Source: a virus (taxonomy: Duplodnaviria > Caudoviricetes). From it: a stretch of DNA of 31,398 bases. Position numbers and translations under genes: made by a program. Location of the stretch: the IMG/VR virus record IMGVR_UViG_3300020043_003881, positions 1-31,398 of that record, one strand, 5' to 3'. The first letter of the stretch is position 1. Each line of letters starts with the position of its first letter. Below, one piece after another: positions 8,025 through 17,927 of the stretch. The notes beneath the pieces were generated by a model, which did not search any database, was not told where the DNA came from, and saw nothing but the letters and a program-made list of their open reading frames with translations.

Positions 8025-11000
8025 TTATTTTCTTTTCTTTAGTGCTTCTGATTCAGATTCTAGTTTATCAATTCTTGCTTCAATTTCTTCAACGTATGCA
8101 TCAAGAGCATCTTCATCGCCTTGAAATTTAGTTCTTAAAAGTTTTAAGAGATTTGGGCGACTCAACTCTGCAACCAATTCTTCGACAGTCATATCGTAAA
8201 TTGTCTGCTCTTCTATATCTTGAGACAACTCTTCTGCGCCTTCTAAGAAATCTTTCTGTGTTGCGGTTGCTGCTTTTGCTCTAGCTTCGTCTGCTGGGTC
8301 TACTTCCATAATATCTCTCATAAACTCTTGGTCAAGAGCAGATATACCGCTTGGTGCTGTGTATCCTGCCTTGCCTTGTATAGCAGCCAATTTTGCATAT
8401 TTGTTATACAACTCTAGTTTCCAAGCTGGCACGGTTTCAAGTGGATTTGTAATAGCCCCTGCGTAAGCAAGGGTTCCAAGAGCACCAGTGGCACCACGAG
8501 TAGCAGTACCTTGACCACTAGTGATTTTGTAAAAATCGCTCATTGCTCTACTTAAACCAAATAACGATAATGTTTTAACAAATGCTTGATATCTTGATCT
8601 TTGTTCTTCAGTTGTTAATGGATAAATGTAGCCGTCTACAGATTTTTCATCAGGTCTTGCTTTCCTTGGTTTTATTTCACCACCAATTATTGTGCTCAAC
8701 ACTGTAACATAATCTGCGCCTTCATTCTTAGAAGCTTCTTTTGCAAAAAATACATGCTCTGGAGAAATCATTCTTTTATTTTCGTTAAATGTATCTTCTA
8801 CACCAAAAACTGTTTTTAGTCCTGGTGTTAGCATTCCCTGTGCAACACTTGATGGTTGAGAAATAAGATCTCCAAACAATTTTATAGCCTCAGCTTGCGG
8901 TGTCCTGGTAGATAAATTGTAAATATCTTTGTCGGACCCCTTTTCTCTAGGAAGCTTGTTTAGAATAATCTGTGTTGGTGCGCGACCTTTAATAAACTTA
9001 GCTTCATCCTCAGATATATCAGACAATTCTTTGGTTATTTCTTCAGCAGATCTTTGAGTTGACAAAGTCTTGATAATCCTCTTTCGTCCTTCGGAGCTTG
9101 CAACATTCTTTACAAGATTTACAAGGTTGTTTCTCGCCCATCCGTAGAAGAGGAATATGTTTTGCAATTTCTTTTCTATATCTGTAATGTTAGCGGCGTC
9201 AAACATTGCCTTTCTTGCAAGCGCAACAGCTTCAGATTCTGTTCTGCCAGATCTAATTGCATCAGCAAATACAGCGTATCTAAATGCCATATCTTCTACT
9301 TGAGGAGTATCTCCCGCTATTCTTAAAGCTTCTGTAAATTTGCTGTTGCTTTTATTATCAATTAGATTTAAAGCTCTTCTTGTATTTACGTTGGGCAGGG
9401 CAGCAGTATAAAGTGATTTACCACCTTCCATCTGAAGCAATTCGTAAACTTCTCTGTTTGTATAGAATCTTGGGTTAGGTGATTGTCTACCAACAGCCTG
9501 AACTTTTTCAGCACTTGTTGTAGGTTTTTGTAGCAAAATGCCACTAGGATTAAATCTTGACTCTGCTGCTAGCTTGGCTCCATTAATAACGTCTACAGGA
9601 TTTGGAAGTTTTCCGGTTGTAGAATAAACAATTTCTGCTGCAGTTAGTAAGTTAGCACCATGAAATCTTGAGTTTACCGTAAGTAATAGATTATAGAATG
9701 CAGCGTTATAATAATCATATAATGTTTTTAATCCTTGTTTTGCTTTTAAGAAGCTGGTTTCATTTTTTATTACTGAATTAAATAAATCAGCTCTTAAATC
9801 TTCAAAGCCTTTAGATAAACCATCAGTAAGTTCTTTTGCGCCTTCTTCACCAAAAAGTACTTTCAATCTATTTTGAATGCCAGCATCAACACTTATATTT
9901 TTTATGGTATCTTCCACAAGACTTATGGAAGCTGCGCCTTCTAGTTGATTTCTTCTTGCTACAGAGCTAGCAATATCATTTCCAACTTCGGTTAAAACAT
10001 TTACATCGCGTAAAAGAGCTGGAGTAGCCAATATTGTTGCAGCATCAGCAGCAGAAACTTTTAGCAAATCTTGGATTTCCGACGCTGTTAATGGCGCTGT
10101 AAGAGAAGGTCTTCCGGATTTTAATAATTTTTTTAATCTTTCCTGTATGATATTTGCTTGCAAGTCAGTTAAATCTGGTTTTACAGATAAGCCGGCACTT
10201 ATTAAATTATTTTGAATTCTAAAATATTCTTCATTAGAAAGAGCATCTGAGATATTATATCTTGATAGACCAATTTCTTCAGTTGTTAATCTGTTTAATA
10301 TATTGTCTACAATTTTATCAGCCTGAGCTTTATAATAAAGAGATAAAGCTACTTCTGGTGGTAAACCTTTCTCAGAAGAATTTATTATATCTTTTGCAAG
10401 ATTTGGTTCTTTAAGAAGTAAAGCATCTGGAGATGATGAGTTTGCTTTTACGCTATCAACAACAGGTTTTACAACTTCATCTACAATAAATTTTAATCGC
10501 GACCACAATTGAGTTGGGTCAGCCGCTATTAATTTGGCTGCTTCGGTAATTTCTCCATCCACTACTTGTCTACCGACTGAAGAAAAAATATCAGTATCTC
10601 TTGCTACTGTCGTGCCATAAAATACATCAAACAAATTTTGTCTTGTTTTCTTTGTATAAAAAATGGAATCTAAAGCAAATCTTAAAACATCTTCTATTTC
10701 ACTAATACTTTTATCTATTTCACCAGCATCTATACCTTTTGGACCAACAATCGCATGAGCAAGTGCTTCTTCGCGTGATAGTTTTTTACCAGCAGGAATT
10801 CCATAGGCTTTAAATAGCTCTGGATCACCAGCAAGAAGATCTTTCATTGCAATTCTTAATGAAGTATCTAGACCACTTACGCGAGCAGTAGCTTGCTGTA
10901 ATATTTTTTGCTGACCAAAAGATAAATTAGAAGGTGATGCTTTGCCAAAAGTAATTTTATCAACAGCATCTTTTATTGCTTGTCTTGTAAAAGATCTAGA

Positions 11001-13925
11001 TTCTAGTGGCTGCAAAAAAGCTCTTTGCTGAGAAGGGCTTAGTCTAGCTATATCTCGTCCTCTAGTTACGTTAAGTTGCGGAGTAGATTTTACAAGACCT
11101 TCAGCAGTTTCGTCAATCGTTGCATCGATTAATGATCTAAAATCTTTTGTTCCTATTACAGATGAATTATTAACCATTTCAGCAATTCTTGCAGCATCTG
11201 TAGATGTTAATCTATTAGATCTTTCTAAGTTAGTAATAATTTCTGTTAAATCATTTACTTGGGTACCTTCTAATTTAATAGCTTGTATTATTTGGTTACC
11301 ATCTTTTGCAAAAACTATTTTTTGGTTTCTTAGTTTATCAGATATTTTACCTACTGGTGACGCGCTAACTTGCTCCATAATTTTTGGAAGCAAAGCTTTA
11401 TTTACAAATGTATTTTTTGTAGCAGCAACAAGATTTTCTAATTCAGAAACATCTTTAGTTCTTTTAAAAATTGTTGTCGATGCTAGGTCTTGAACAAGAC
11501 CACGTTTCAATAATCCTAATTTATTTCTATTATTTAAAGCAGCAGTATATTGTTGTAATTTTGGTGCTGTATTTATAGCAGCATCATCAACCGCTTTTAA
11601 AATATCAGCAACTTCATTATCAACAGAGGCCAAAGCACCAAGCTGTCTTCCAAATTCTTTTGATCTAACAAGGCTTGTTGCTCCTTTTGTTCTTATCTCA
11701 TCAATACCTACAGAAATATCTCTGGCTGCTTCTAAAACCTCGTCGCCTGCTGCTTTAGCTGCATCTGATAATTCTTTAGCAACTTCTTCCGCAGATCTTC
11801 CGGGTCTTTGTATATCAGCTTCTTTGAATTTTTTAGCATAAGCAGAATCACCTAGCTTGACATCTGCCGCAGCTAGACCTGGTGTTGCTCGTGCTTGATC
11901 AGATACTTTTACAGCATCGTCAAGAGAATCGCTTAGAGTTGCTGTAGCTAAAGATCTTGCGTTGGCTGTTTTTGTTAGGTTTTTACCTGTAGAACCTACG
12001 AGAGAAAGGAAAGAGCTTTCAATTGCTTCATCGATACCTTTGGTTAAACCTGCCTTTGCTGCGGAACGGAGTGCTTCAGCTTGCGAAGGCTTAAGAGAAC
12101 CCAAAGCACTAACAGCTTTATATTGATTTTTAGCTGCTTTTATGCCAGCACCAGCGCCTTTAGCAAAATCAAGCGTTGGATCCAATAAGTCTGCTCCGAA
12201 AGTACCGGCTATGTATAATCCTTTCTGAAATCCCTCTAAGCCCATAATATCAGCAGTCTCAACGCCTTCGCCAGTAAACCCTCTGTTCTGAGAAATGTTA
12301 TAAAGTATTGGAGAATCTTTGTATGCTTCAGGTCTGCGTTTACGTTTTTCTTCTTCTATTAAAGCTCTATTTTCTCGACCCTCTTCAGTTAGAGCAGTAC
12401 CTTCAAATAGCAAAGGACTTACAACGCCAGCAACGGCGTTGGGCAAAGTAAGCGCAGACCTTAGCAGCCAAGAAGTTGTAGTCTCTGCGGTGCCTCCGTA
12501 GATATCTGTGTCGGCAAAGAATCCTTCCTGCTTGTAGGCTTCTGGATTAGCTAAGTATTCTTTCTTTAATTCTTCGTCTAGGTACCAAGGTCTTTTATAT
12601 TTTTGTGTTAATTCTCTATCTAAATCTTTTTCTGTTTTTGGTACTTCTAACTTTTTGTAACGAGAAAGATCTGTATCTTCTCTAGCGCCAGATAATTTCT
12701 GCTTGTATTCTTCTTCGCTAATAGTCTTACCATCTATTTGATAAACAACTTTTGTTTCTTTGCCTAAACGAGCCGCTTTTTCTGCAGCCTTAAGTCTATC
12801 ACCAATTGTTTTTAAATATTCAATCTGACCGGGCGAGTAATCTGGAACTCCACCAGAAGTTTTCTGTGGTTCTAATGCAGCAGCAATTGCATCTGCACCT
12901 TCCTTCTCTGTTATTTTTGGACCAGCGCCAAGCGTTCTACCAACAGAATCAATGCCTTTTAATTCATCAATTGTTCTTTGGTAGACTCTTTCCGCAATCT
13001 CTTTTGAGCGCGGTTCATCCGCACCAAGCGCAGCGAGGTTTGGAATGCCTGATAATTCTGCAACAAGATTCTTAGAATAAGCAGCCTTCAAGGCTTCTAC
13101 TTGGTCGTCAGCCTTGGTTCCTGTAATACCAGAAGCCTCTAAAGAAGATTTTACCGCATTCCAATCGATTGATCCACCGATTATAGATGCAGATGTTTGC
13201 AGAGCACCTTCGCTTGGAGATGTTCTTTTTGCTTCACCTTTTAAGAATCCTTCGGTAGTTGGGTAAATAACTTGAGGTCTTAGAGCATCAAAAAATGACG
13301 CTGTGCTTCCAGGGATATAATCTGGTTTTGCAGCTTCAGGAAAAGACACACCTGGAATTGGAATAAAAGTTGATCTATCAGATTTTTCTTTATAAGTATC
13401 GCCGCTAAAACCAGCCTGCTGAGGAGCACCAAAAGATTCGCTAAATTCTTCTTGAGCCATCTGTGTTGCAATAGCAGGAGAGAATCCGGAAGCTTGTAAT
13501 GCTTGAGCTCTTTTTAATACAAATTCTGCTTCAGCCTGCCTAAGCTGCTGATCTACTTTAAGAGTTTGTCTTTGGCCTTCTTCTAGCTGAAGTTGTTCTT
13601 CTGTTTTTACAGGAGCTTTAGGCTTAATAGTTTCTCTGTAGGTTTTTAATTCTTCAGGAGTTGGTGCTCTACCGCCTGGGGCAATAGGAGTTGGTTCTTT
13701 AGGCTTTGCTACTTTAGCCTCAACTCGTTTGGCAAACTCGCCTGGCTTTCCAGATACTTCGTCAAAAGCAACTTGCAAAGCAGAAGCAGGATCGTAACCA
13801 TTTGCTAAAAGCTGGTCACGTCTTGCTAAAATTTTTGCTTTTTGAGCTGCCTTCTCTGCTTCTAAAGATTTTGCTTGCTTAAATTCTTCTATCTTTGCTG
13901 CTTTAATTTCCGCTGGTGTAGCCAT
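8025..13925 (-). CDS. Large internal virion (ejection) protein
   Basis: 1966 aa, Ala/Lys/Glu-rich and helical; C-terminal FRYAVF...AVALARKAMFD...ITDIEKK...FLFYGWARNN pattern typical of large podovirus internal proteins; third of three genes after the tail module. Confidence 0.7.
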   Translation of the reverse strand: MATPAEIKAAKIEEFKQAKSLEAEKAAQKAKILARRDQLLANGYDPASALQVAFDEVSGKPGEFAKRVEAKVAKPKEPTPIAPGGRAPTPEELKTYRETIKPKAPVKTEEQLQLEEGQRQTLKVDQQLRQAEAEFVLKRAQALQASGFSPAIATQMAQEEFSESFGAPQQAGFSGDTYKEKSDRSTFIPIPGVSFPEAAKPDYIPGSTASFFDALRPQVIYPTTEGFLKGEAKRTSPSEGALQTSASIIGGSIDWNAVKSSLEASGITGTKADDQVEALKAAYSKNLVAELSGIPNLAALGADEPRSKEIAERVYQRTIDELKGIDSVGRTLGAGPKITEKEGADAIAAALEPQKTSGGVPDYSPGQIEYLKTIGDRLKAAEKAARLGKETKVVYQIDGKTISEEEYKQKLSGAREDTDLSRYKKLEVPKTEKDLDRELTQKYKRPWYLDEELKKEYLANPEAYKQEGFFADTDIYGGTAETTTSWLLRSALTLPNAVAGVVSPLLFEGTALTEEGRENRALIEEEKRKRRPEAYKDSPILYNISQNRGFTGEGVETADIMGLEGFQKGLYIAGTFGADLLDPTLDFAKGAGAGIKAAKNQYKAVSALGSLKPSQAEALRSAAKAGLTKGIDEAIESSFLSLVGSTGKNLTKTANARSLATATLSDSLDDAVKVSDQARATPGLAAADVKLGDSAYAKKFKEADIQRPGRSAEEVAKELSDAAKAAGDEVLEAARDISVGIDEIRTKGATSLVRSKEFGRQLGALASVDNEVADILKAVDDAAINTAPKLQQYTAALNNRNKLGLLKRGLVQDLASTTIFKRTKDVSELENLVAATKNTFVNKALLPKIMEQVSASPVGKISDKLRNQKIVFAKDGNQIIQAIKLEGTQVNDLTEIITNLERSNRLTSTDAARIAEMVNNSSVIGTKDFRSLIDATIDETAEGLVKSTPQLNVTRGRDIARLSPSQQRAFLQPLESRSFTRQAIKDAVDKITFGKASPSNLSFGQQKILQQATARVSGLDTSLRIAMKDLLAGDPELFKAYGIPAGKKLSREEALAHAIVGPKGIDAGEIDKSISEIEDVLRFALDSIFYTKKTRQNLFDVFYGTTVARDTDIFSSVGRQVVDGEITEAAKLIAADPTQLWSRLKFIVDEVVKPVVDSVKANSSSPDALLLKEPNLAKDIINSSEKGLPPEVALSLYYKAQADKIVDNILNRLTTEEIGLSRYNISDALSNEEYFRIQNNLISAGLSVKPDLTDLQANIIQERLKKLLKSGRPSLTAPLTASEIQDLLKVSAADAATILATPALLRDVNVLTEVGNDIASSVARRNQLEGAASISLVEDTIKNISVDAGIQNRLKVLFGEEGAKELTDGLSKGFEDLRADLFNSVIKNETSFLKAKQGLKTLYDYYNAAFYNLLLTVNSRFHGANLLTAAEIVYSTTGKLPNPVDVINGAKLAAESRFNPSGILLQKPTTSAEKVQAVGRQSPNPRFYTNREVYELLQMEGGKSLYTAALPNVNTRRALNLIDNKSNSKFTEALRIAGDTPQVEDMAFRYAVFADAIRSGRTESEAVALARKAMFDAANITDIEKKLQNIFLFYGWARNNLVNLVKNVASSEGRKRIIKTLSTQRSAEEITKELSDISEDEAKFIKGRAPTQIILNKLPREKGSDKDIYNLSTRTPQAEAIKLFGDLISQPSSVAQGMLTPGLKTVFGVEDTFNENKRMISPEHVFFAKEASKNEGADYVTVLSTIIGGEIKPRKARPDEKSVDGYIYPLTTEEQRSRYQAFVKTLSLFGLSRAMSDFYKITSGQGTATRGATGALGTLAYAGAITNPLETVPAWKLELYNKYAKLAAIQGKAGYTAPSGISALDQEFMRDIMEVDPADEARAKAATATQKDFLEGAEELSQDIEEQTIYDMTVEELVAELSRPNLLKLLRTKFQGDEDALDAYVEEIEARIDKLESESEALKKRK

Positions 13926-13933
13926 TTTTTCTC

Positions 13934-16288
13934 CTATGATATATTACCAAACATTAGATTTTTAGCTACGAGATATTCGAGTGCAGCGTCTCTTAATTTT
14001 GGCTGCTTCTCGTATACTCTTGCTATCTCACTATAGGTGGATTTGTAAACATCCGCCTTAGATAGATTTATATCATAGAGTTTGTCAACAAGCGCGATGT
14101 GTTCCGGTATCTTTTTTGAACGTTCATGTTCTGGTAAATTTGTTTTTGCAAGTCTAGCTAATTTTTCTGGTTTGCTTGCAAGATCTTTTCCTTTCTGAAT
14201 TATATTTAAAGCATAAGAAGCAGATCTTTGCTGACGAGTTTTCGGCAAAGAACCTTGAGAATCTTCTGATGGTGCTTTTGGAGTTGACTTTGGCGCCATT
14301 CTTAATTCATTTAATTTTTGAATATAATAATCAGAAAGATCTCTGTCTGTCATAATTCCCATATTAGCTTTATTAGCTTCATATGAATCAAAAATTTCTT
14401 TTTTCTCATCAGGAGTTGGATCCATTTGCTCAATATAAGCATCTGTTTTGCTTACCTGCTGGAAGAAAGCCTGGCTTTGACCTTCGCTTTGTCTTGCTAA
14501 ATCTGGATTTATTGGAGGACGATCTCTGTATCTAAGATATGATTCTTCAGTTGCTTTTTCTGCTTTTGATCTTTTATTTTTTTCCATTTCAATTAGATAT
14601 CGTCTAACCATTTCTTTCTGGCCTTCGCCTGGAAGTGCCTTCTTACCTTCAGGTTTTGGTCCAGCAAAATAAGAAGGAGGATTTTTTGCAATATCTTTAT
14701 TTGGGCTTGCTTTCCAATAATCCAATGCTTTTCTGTATATGTCTGGATCTTCATCTTCTGCAATTTCAACGTCTGTTATAGTTATAACAGGATCTGTAGG
14801 TGAAGATTCTGGAGCTAAATCCGCTGCTCTTGGGATTGGAGCAGGAGGAGGAGCAGGACTTTCTATTTTTCCTTCCTCTTCAAGCATTTTATTAAAGATT
14901 TCTAAATCACTTGGAGTGCTGCTTGTAGGATACATCTCTTCTTCAAGCTCTAAAAGAGGAACTACACCTCCACCAAAATTTAATTCTTCTTCTTCGCTTG
15001 GCTTAGGAGTAGGCGCCAGACCGGCTTTGCCTGAAGGAAGTGGAGTGGGTGGAGGAGGTGGAGGAGGTGCTCTGTATGGTTCTATATCTTGCGGAGGAGT
15101 ATCAGATTCTAGACGATCTATAAAGTCTTGAAAAGCCGGATCTCTTGGTGGTGGAGATGCTGGTCTTCTTCTAGGAGCAGGAGTAGGAGTGGGTTCTGGA
15201 GTAGGAGCAGGAGGAGCTTCTGTTATTTCAACATTGGGACCACTAGGGCCTCTTGGAACCCTATTGCCAGTCATAAATTGTCGAGCAGTAACAGGAGCGG
15301 TTACGGCGCTAGCTGAAAAAAATCCTTCTTGAGCAGTCTTTCTAGCTCTAACAAGAGCATCCTGCTGTAGTCTCAAATCTTCAGCAGGAGTTAGTTTTCT
15401 TTGAGGATCAAGAGAAAGAATTCTTGCTTTTGTTTCTATGTAATCATTATCAGCCATTTCTTTAATTGTACGATCCAAGTTTTGATCGCTTTCTGCTCCA
15501 AACAATTCTCTTCTTGCTTTGGCTTCGTCATAGATTGGAGAAGACTTTGTAGGTCTTTTAGCAAAACCAAATCCACCAACACTAGCCATTTCGCCGAAGC
15601 CTTGTCTGGTTCTTCCGATTGTATCTATAGTTGGTACAGATGGTGCCTTCAGACCAGATAGTTCTGCTTGAATTTCTGCGGCTCTTGCATCAATAGCGGC
15701 GCCAGCATCACCGCCGTATTTTGCTAAAATATCTTCGTATCTGCTTGATGGTTTGGCAACGTCAGTAGCACCGCCTTCTTTAGCTGCATCAGCCTGAGAA
15801 GCCCCTTTGGTGCCAGCTTTATATCTAACAGTACGAATCATTACTGGACTACCATCTTCATTAAATCTTGGTTTTCCAGTTGCTGTTTTTGCTTGTGTTT
15901 CTGTAATTGTGTATTCAGATCCGCCACCTGCTGCTCTAAGTTCATTTCTTTCGTTAGATAATTCAGTATTTGCGTCAGCAATTGCTAACCTTAAAGCATC
16001 TTTAGGATCCAAAGCTCCAGATGCAACTTTATTTTTAATATCTCTTAATTTACTTAATGACCTTTGCAGCTCTGCTTGCTGTTTTGCAAATACATCTAAT
16101 TGAGCTTGATAGCCCATTTTTTCAAATTCAACTTGCTGAGCTACGGCTTCTTTGGCTGCTTCCCATATCTGCCAACGAAGCTGGCTGACAAGCTGTGCAT
16201 AGCCGGTTCCTGCCGAAGTCTTCGCTGAGTCTACGGGCCCTGCATCAATAATATATACGGATTTTCCGCCTACTTGTCTAATTGCCAT
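13934..16288 (-). CDS. Internal virion protein with proline-rich central region
   Basis: 784 aa; N-terminal coiled coil; APPAPTPEPTPTPAP and APPPPPPPTP tracts; middle gene of the ejection-protein trio. Confidence 0.6.
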   Translation of the reverse strand: MAIRQVGGKSVYIIDAGPVDSAKTSAGTGYAQLVSQLRWQIWEAAKEAVAQQVEFEKMGYQAQLDVFAKQQAELQRSLSKLRDIKNKVASGALDPKDALRLAIADANTELSNERNELRAAGGGSEYTITETQAKTATGKPRFNEDGSPVMIRTVRYKAGTKGASQADAAKEGGATDVAKPSSRYEDILAKYGGDAGAAIDARAAEIQAELSGLKAPSVPTIDTIGRTRQGFGEMASVGGFGFAKRPTKSSPIYDEAKARRELFGAESDQNLDRTIKEMADNDYIETKARILSLDPQRKLTPAEDLRLQQDALVRARKTAQEGFFSASAVTAPVTARQFMTGNRVPRGPSGPNVEITEAPPAPTPEPTPTPAPRRRPASPPPRDPAFQDFIDRLESDTPPQDIEPYRAPPPPPPPTPLPSGKAGLAPTPKPSEEEELNFGGGVVPLLELEEEMYPTSSTPSDLEIFNKMLEEEGKIESPAPPPAPIPRAADLAPESSPTDPVITITDVEIAEDEDPDIYRKALDYWKASPNKDIAKNPPSYFAGPKPEGKKALPGEGQKEMVRRYLIEMEKNKRSKAEKATEESYLRYRDRPPINPDLARQSEGQSQAFFQQVSKTDAYIEQMDPTPDEKKEIFDSYEANKANMGIMTDRDLSDYYIQKLNELRMAPKSTPKAPSEDSQGSLPKTRQQRSASYALNIIQKGKDLASKPEKLARLAKTNLPEHERSKKIPEHIALVDKLYDINLSKADVYKSTYSEIARVYEKQPKLRDAALEYLVAKNLMFGNIS

Positions 16289-16965
16289 TAGAGGGTTCCT
16301 CCGCTTCTTGATTTGGCGCTTAATGATTGTATAAACATTTTTGCTCCTTCTGGATCTTGTGCTTGCAATTCTATAACACCTCTTGCTTCGTCATCTGTTG
16401 TTAGACCAAGCGATGTTTTTACTGCTGATATCATTTGAGGAGATGGGTTTCTTGCACCTTGAATTATTTTTTGCTGAGCAGCAGTGGTAAGACCTGCTTC
16501 TAATCCTGCACCAGCGATTGAAGCTGCGGCAGACGCACGCTCGGCTCTCTTCTGGGACTGGGCAGCCTCTATGGCTGATATACGTTCCTTCTGCTCCGCT
16601 TCCTTGGCTAAGTCCTGCTCCAGTATCGTCTGAGCCATCCTCTCCTGTCCTTGGGCCCTCTGAGCGTCCACAGCGACAGCCTGTTGTAAAGCTTGTCCGC
16701 CGGTCACTGAACCGCCACCAGCAAGAATTCTAGCTCGATCCTGAGCAGCTTGCTGCTGTACCTGAGTCGAGCCAGCAGAAAGTCTGCCTTGCATGGCAGC
16801 TTGCTCTTTTTCTGTTAAACCAAGAGCATTCATTTCTTGCAATCTTTTTAATTTTTCTAATTCTTTCTTTTGGCTGCGCTCAATCTGAGTTGGAATCAAA
16901 GTACCGACTTGCGAAAGAGCTTGACCTCCTACGCCAGTAAGGATAGCTAGTGTGACTGGATCCAT
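16288..16965 (-). CDS. Small internal virion (pilot-like) protein
   Basis: 225 aa from MDPVTLAILTGVGG (AGGAG RBS; MDP + hydrophobic start is typical); Gln/Ala-rich coiled coil. The ORF-track start at 17040 runs through regulatory DNA. Confidence 0.7.
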   Translation of the reverse strand: MDPVTLAILTGVGGQALSQVGTLIPTQIERSQKKELEKLKRLQEMNALGLTEKEQAAMQGRLSAGSTQVQQQAAQDRARILAGGGSVTGGQALQQAVAVDAQRAQGQERMAQTILEQDLAKEAEQKERISAIEAAQSQKRAERASAAASIAGAGLEAGLTTAAQQKIIQGARNPSPQMISAVKTSLGLTTDDEARGVIELQAQDPEGAKMFIQSLSAKSRSGGTL

Positions 16966-16976
16966 TATAATGCTCC

Positions 16977-16997
16977 TATAGATGTGGATAAGTAAAG
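16977..16997 (-). promoter_or_regulatory. Class II motif containing a perfect DnaA-box sequence
   Basis: CTTTACTTATCCACATCTATA; TTATCCACA at 16991-16983. Confidence 0.6.
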
Positions 16998-17009
16998 TTA
17001 AAAATTTGT

Positions 17010-17174
17010 TTAAAAAATCTGGACGATTTTGGACTCTCAATCCTTTATATAAGCGTAGCGTAAAGGGCCGGAGGCCAAGAGAAAGGGCAAGTGATTAAGA
17101 ATGTCGGGCTTACGCCCTCCAACCTACAAGAAGGATTCCAAGCTTTTGGCCCGGTCAGTATTCTTGTAGGTATA
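17010..17174 (+). other. Non-coding cassette D (only copy in + orientation)
   Basis: TGGACG-N17-CTTTATAT 17020-17050; GGCC-GGA-GGCC 17066-17076; GGCAAG 17086-17091; GGGC-TTAC-GCCC 17106-17117; perfect 11-bp IR ACCTACAAGAA 17122-17132 / TTCTTGTAGGT 17161-17171. Confidence 0.85.
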
Positions 17175-17915
17175 TTACCCATAGAATACTTCGCAAGTGA
17201 ATGATCTAGCTGATGAGTAGCCCTGCTCGACCTTAGCACTTACCATCAGAATAAAGCTGTATTCTCCTGCTGGTAATCCTTTAACTACCCAGGTCCATCC
17301 AGACCATCTTCTAAGACAGTATTGTGCGTCTGTTGTAGGTCCATAGCCTGCTGCAAGCAATAATGATGTGTTGGTCGCATCTCTTGGAGCGGCTGTTACT
17401 GCAGTTGTTTCCTCAAACGAATAAGACCTTGTTCCTTCAATTGTCTCCCAGTTATTTGATGTATTATCACGATAACGAAGAGCGATTTTGCTGTCCCATT
17501 TGCCTTTGCCCTGGACTTCATTTTCATCAGAAATAAATGTGCCACCAAAAGTTATAAGAATATCTGCAGTTGAAGATAAATATAATGTTTGTCCGGTGTT
17601 ATAAATACTTTGATATTGAACAGGATTGGCACTTGTCTGTCTACCTGTTTTTATATTGCTTGTAAAGTAAGCCCTGTTAACAACTTCTTTGTCTGAAAAT
17701 TGACCTAGTACTTCACCGGATACAAAGCGATACTGGTTTGTGATTGGCTGCAACTCGCCGCTCTGTATTTGATCAAAGTCAATATTTGAATCGGCATAAT
17801 CCGCAAATACAATTCCTTGGTTAACATATTTTTTAACAGCGTCATCATTAAGCTGCTGATTAGCTCCAGAAAGTACGTTACCATCTACGTATGCATACGG
17901 TTTTGTGAACGACAT
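17175..17915 (-). CDS. Tail-associated protein (fibre/baseplate-like), paralog 3
   Basis: 246 aa; N-terminal YVDGNVLSGANQQLNDDAV anchor-like motif; follows nozzle gene. Confidence 0.55.
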   Translation of the reverse strand: MSFTKPYAYVDGNVLSGANQQLNDDAVKKYVNQGIVFADYADSNIDFDQIQSGELQPITNQYRFVSGEVLGQFSDKEVVNRAYFTSNIKTGRQTSANPVQYQSIYNTGQTLYLSSTADILITFGGTFISDENEVQGKGKWDSKIALRYRDNTSNNWETIEGTRSYSFEETTAVTAAPRDATNTSLLLAAGYGPTTDAQYCLRRWSGWTWVVKGLPAGEYSFILMVSAKVEQGYSSARSFTCEVFYG

Positions 17916-17927
17916 TTATTTCCCCTT

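Noticed and set aside
8025-13925. Virion RNA polymerase (N4- or crAss-type) recognising the GNA hairpins
   Set aside because: No DxDGD/DFDID or T7-like polymerase motifs are visible; the C-terminus fits ordinary internal virion proteins
17045-17239. 64-aa minus-strand ORF and the N-terminal extension 16966-17040 of the pilot gene
   Set aside because: They overlap cassette D and regulatory motifs and lack an RBS; the ATG at 16965 has a clear AGGAG
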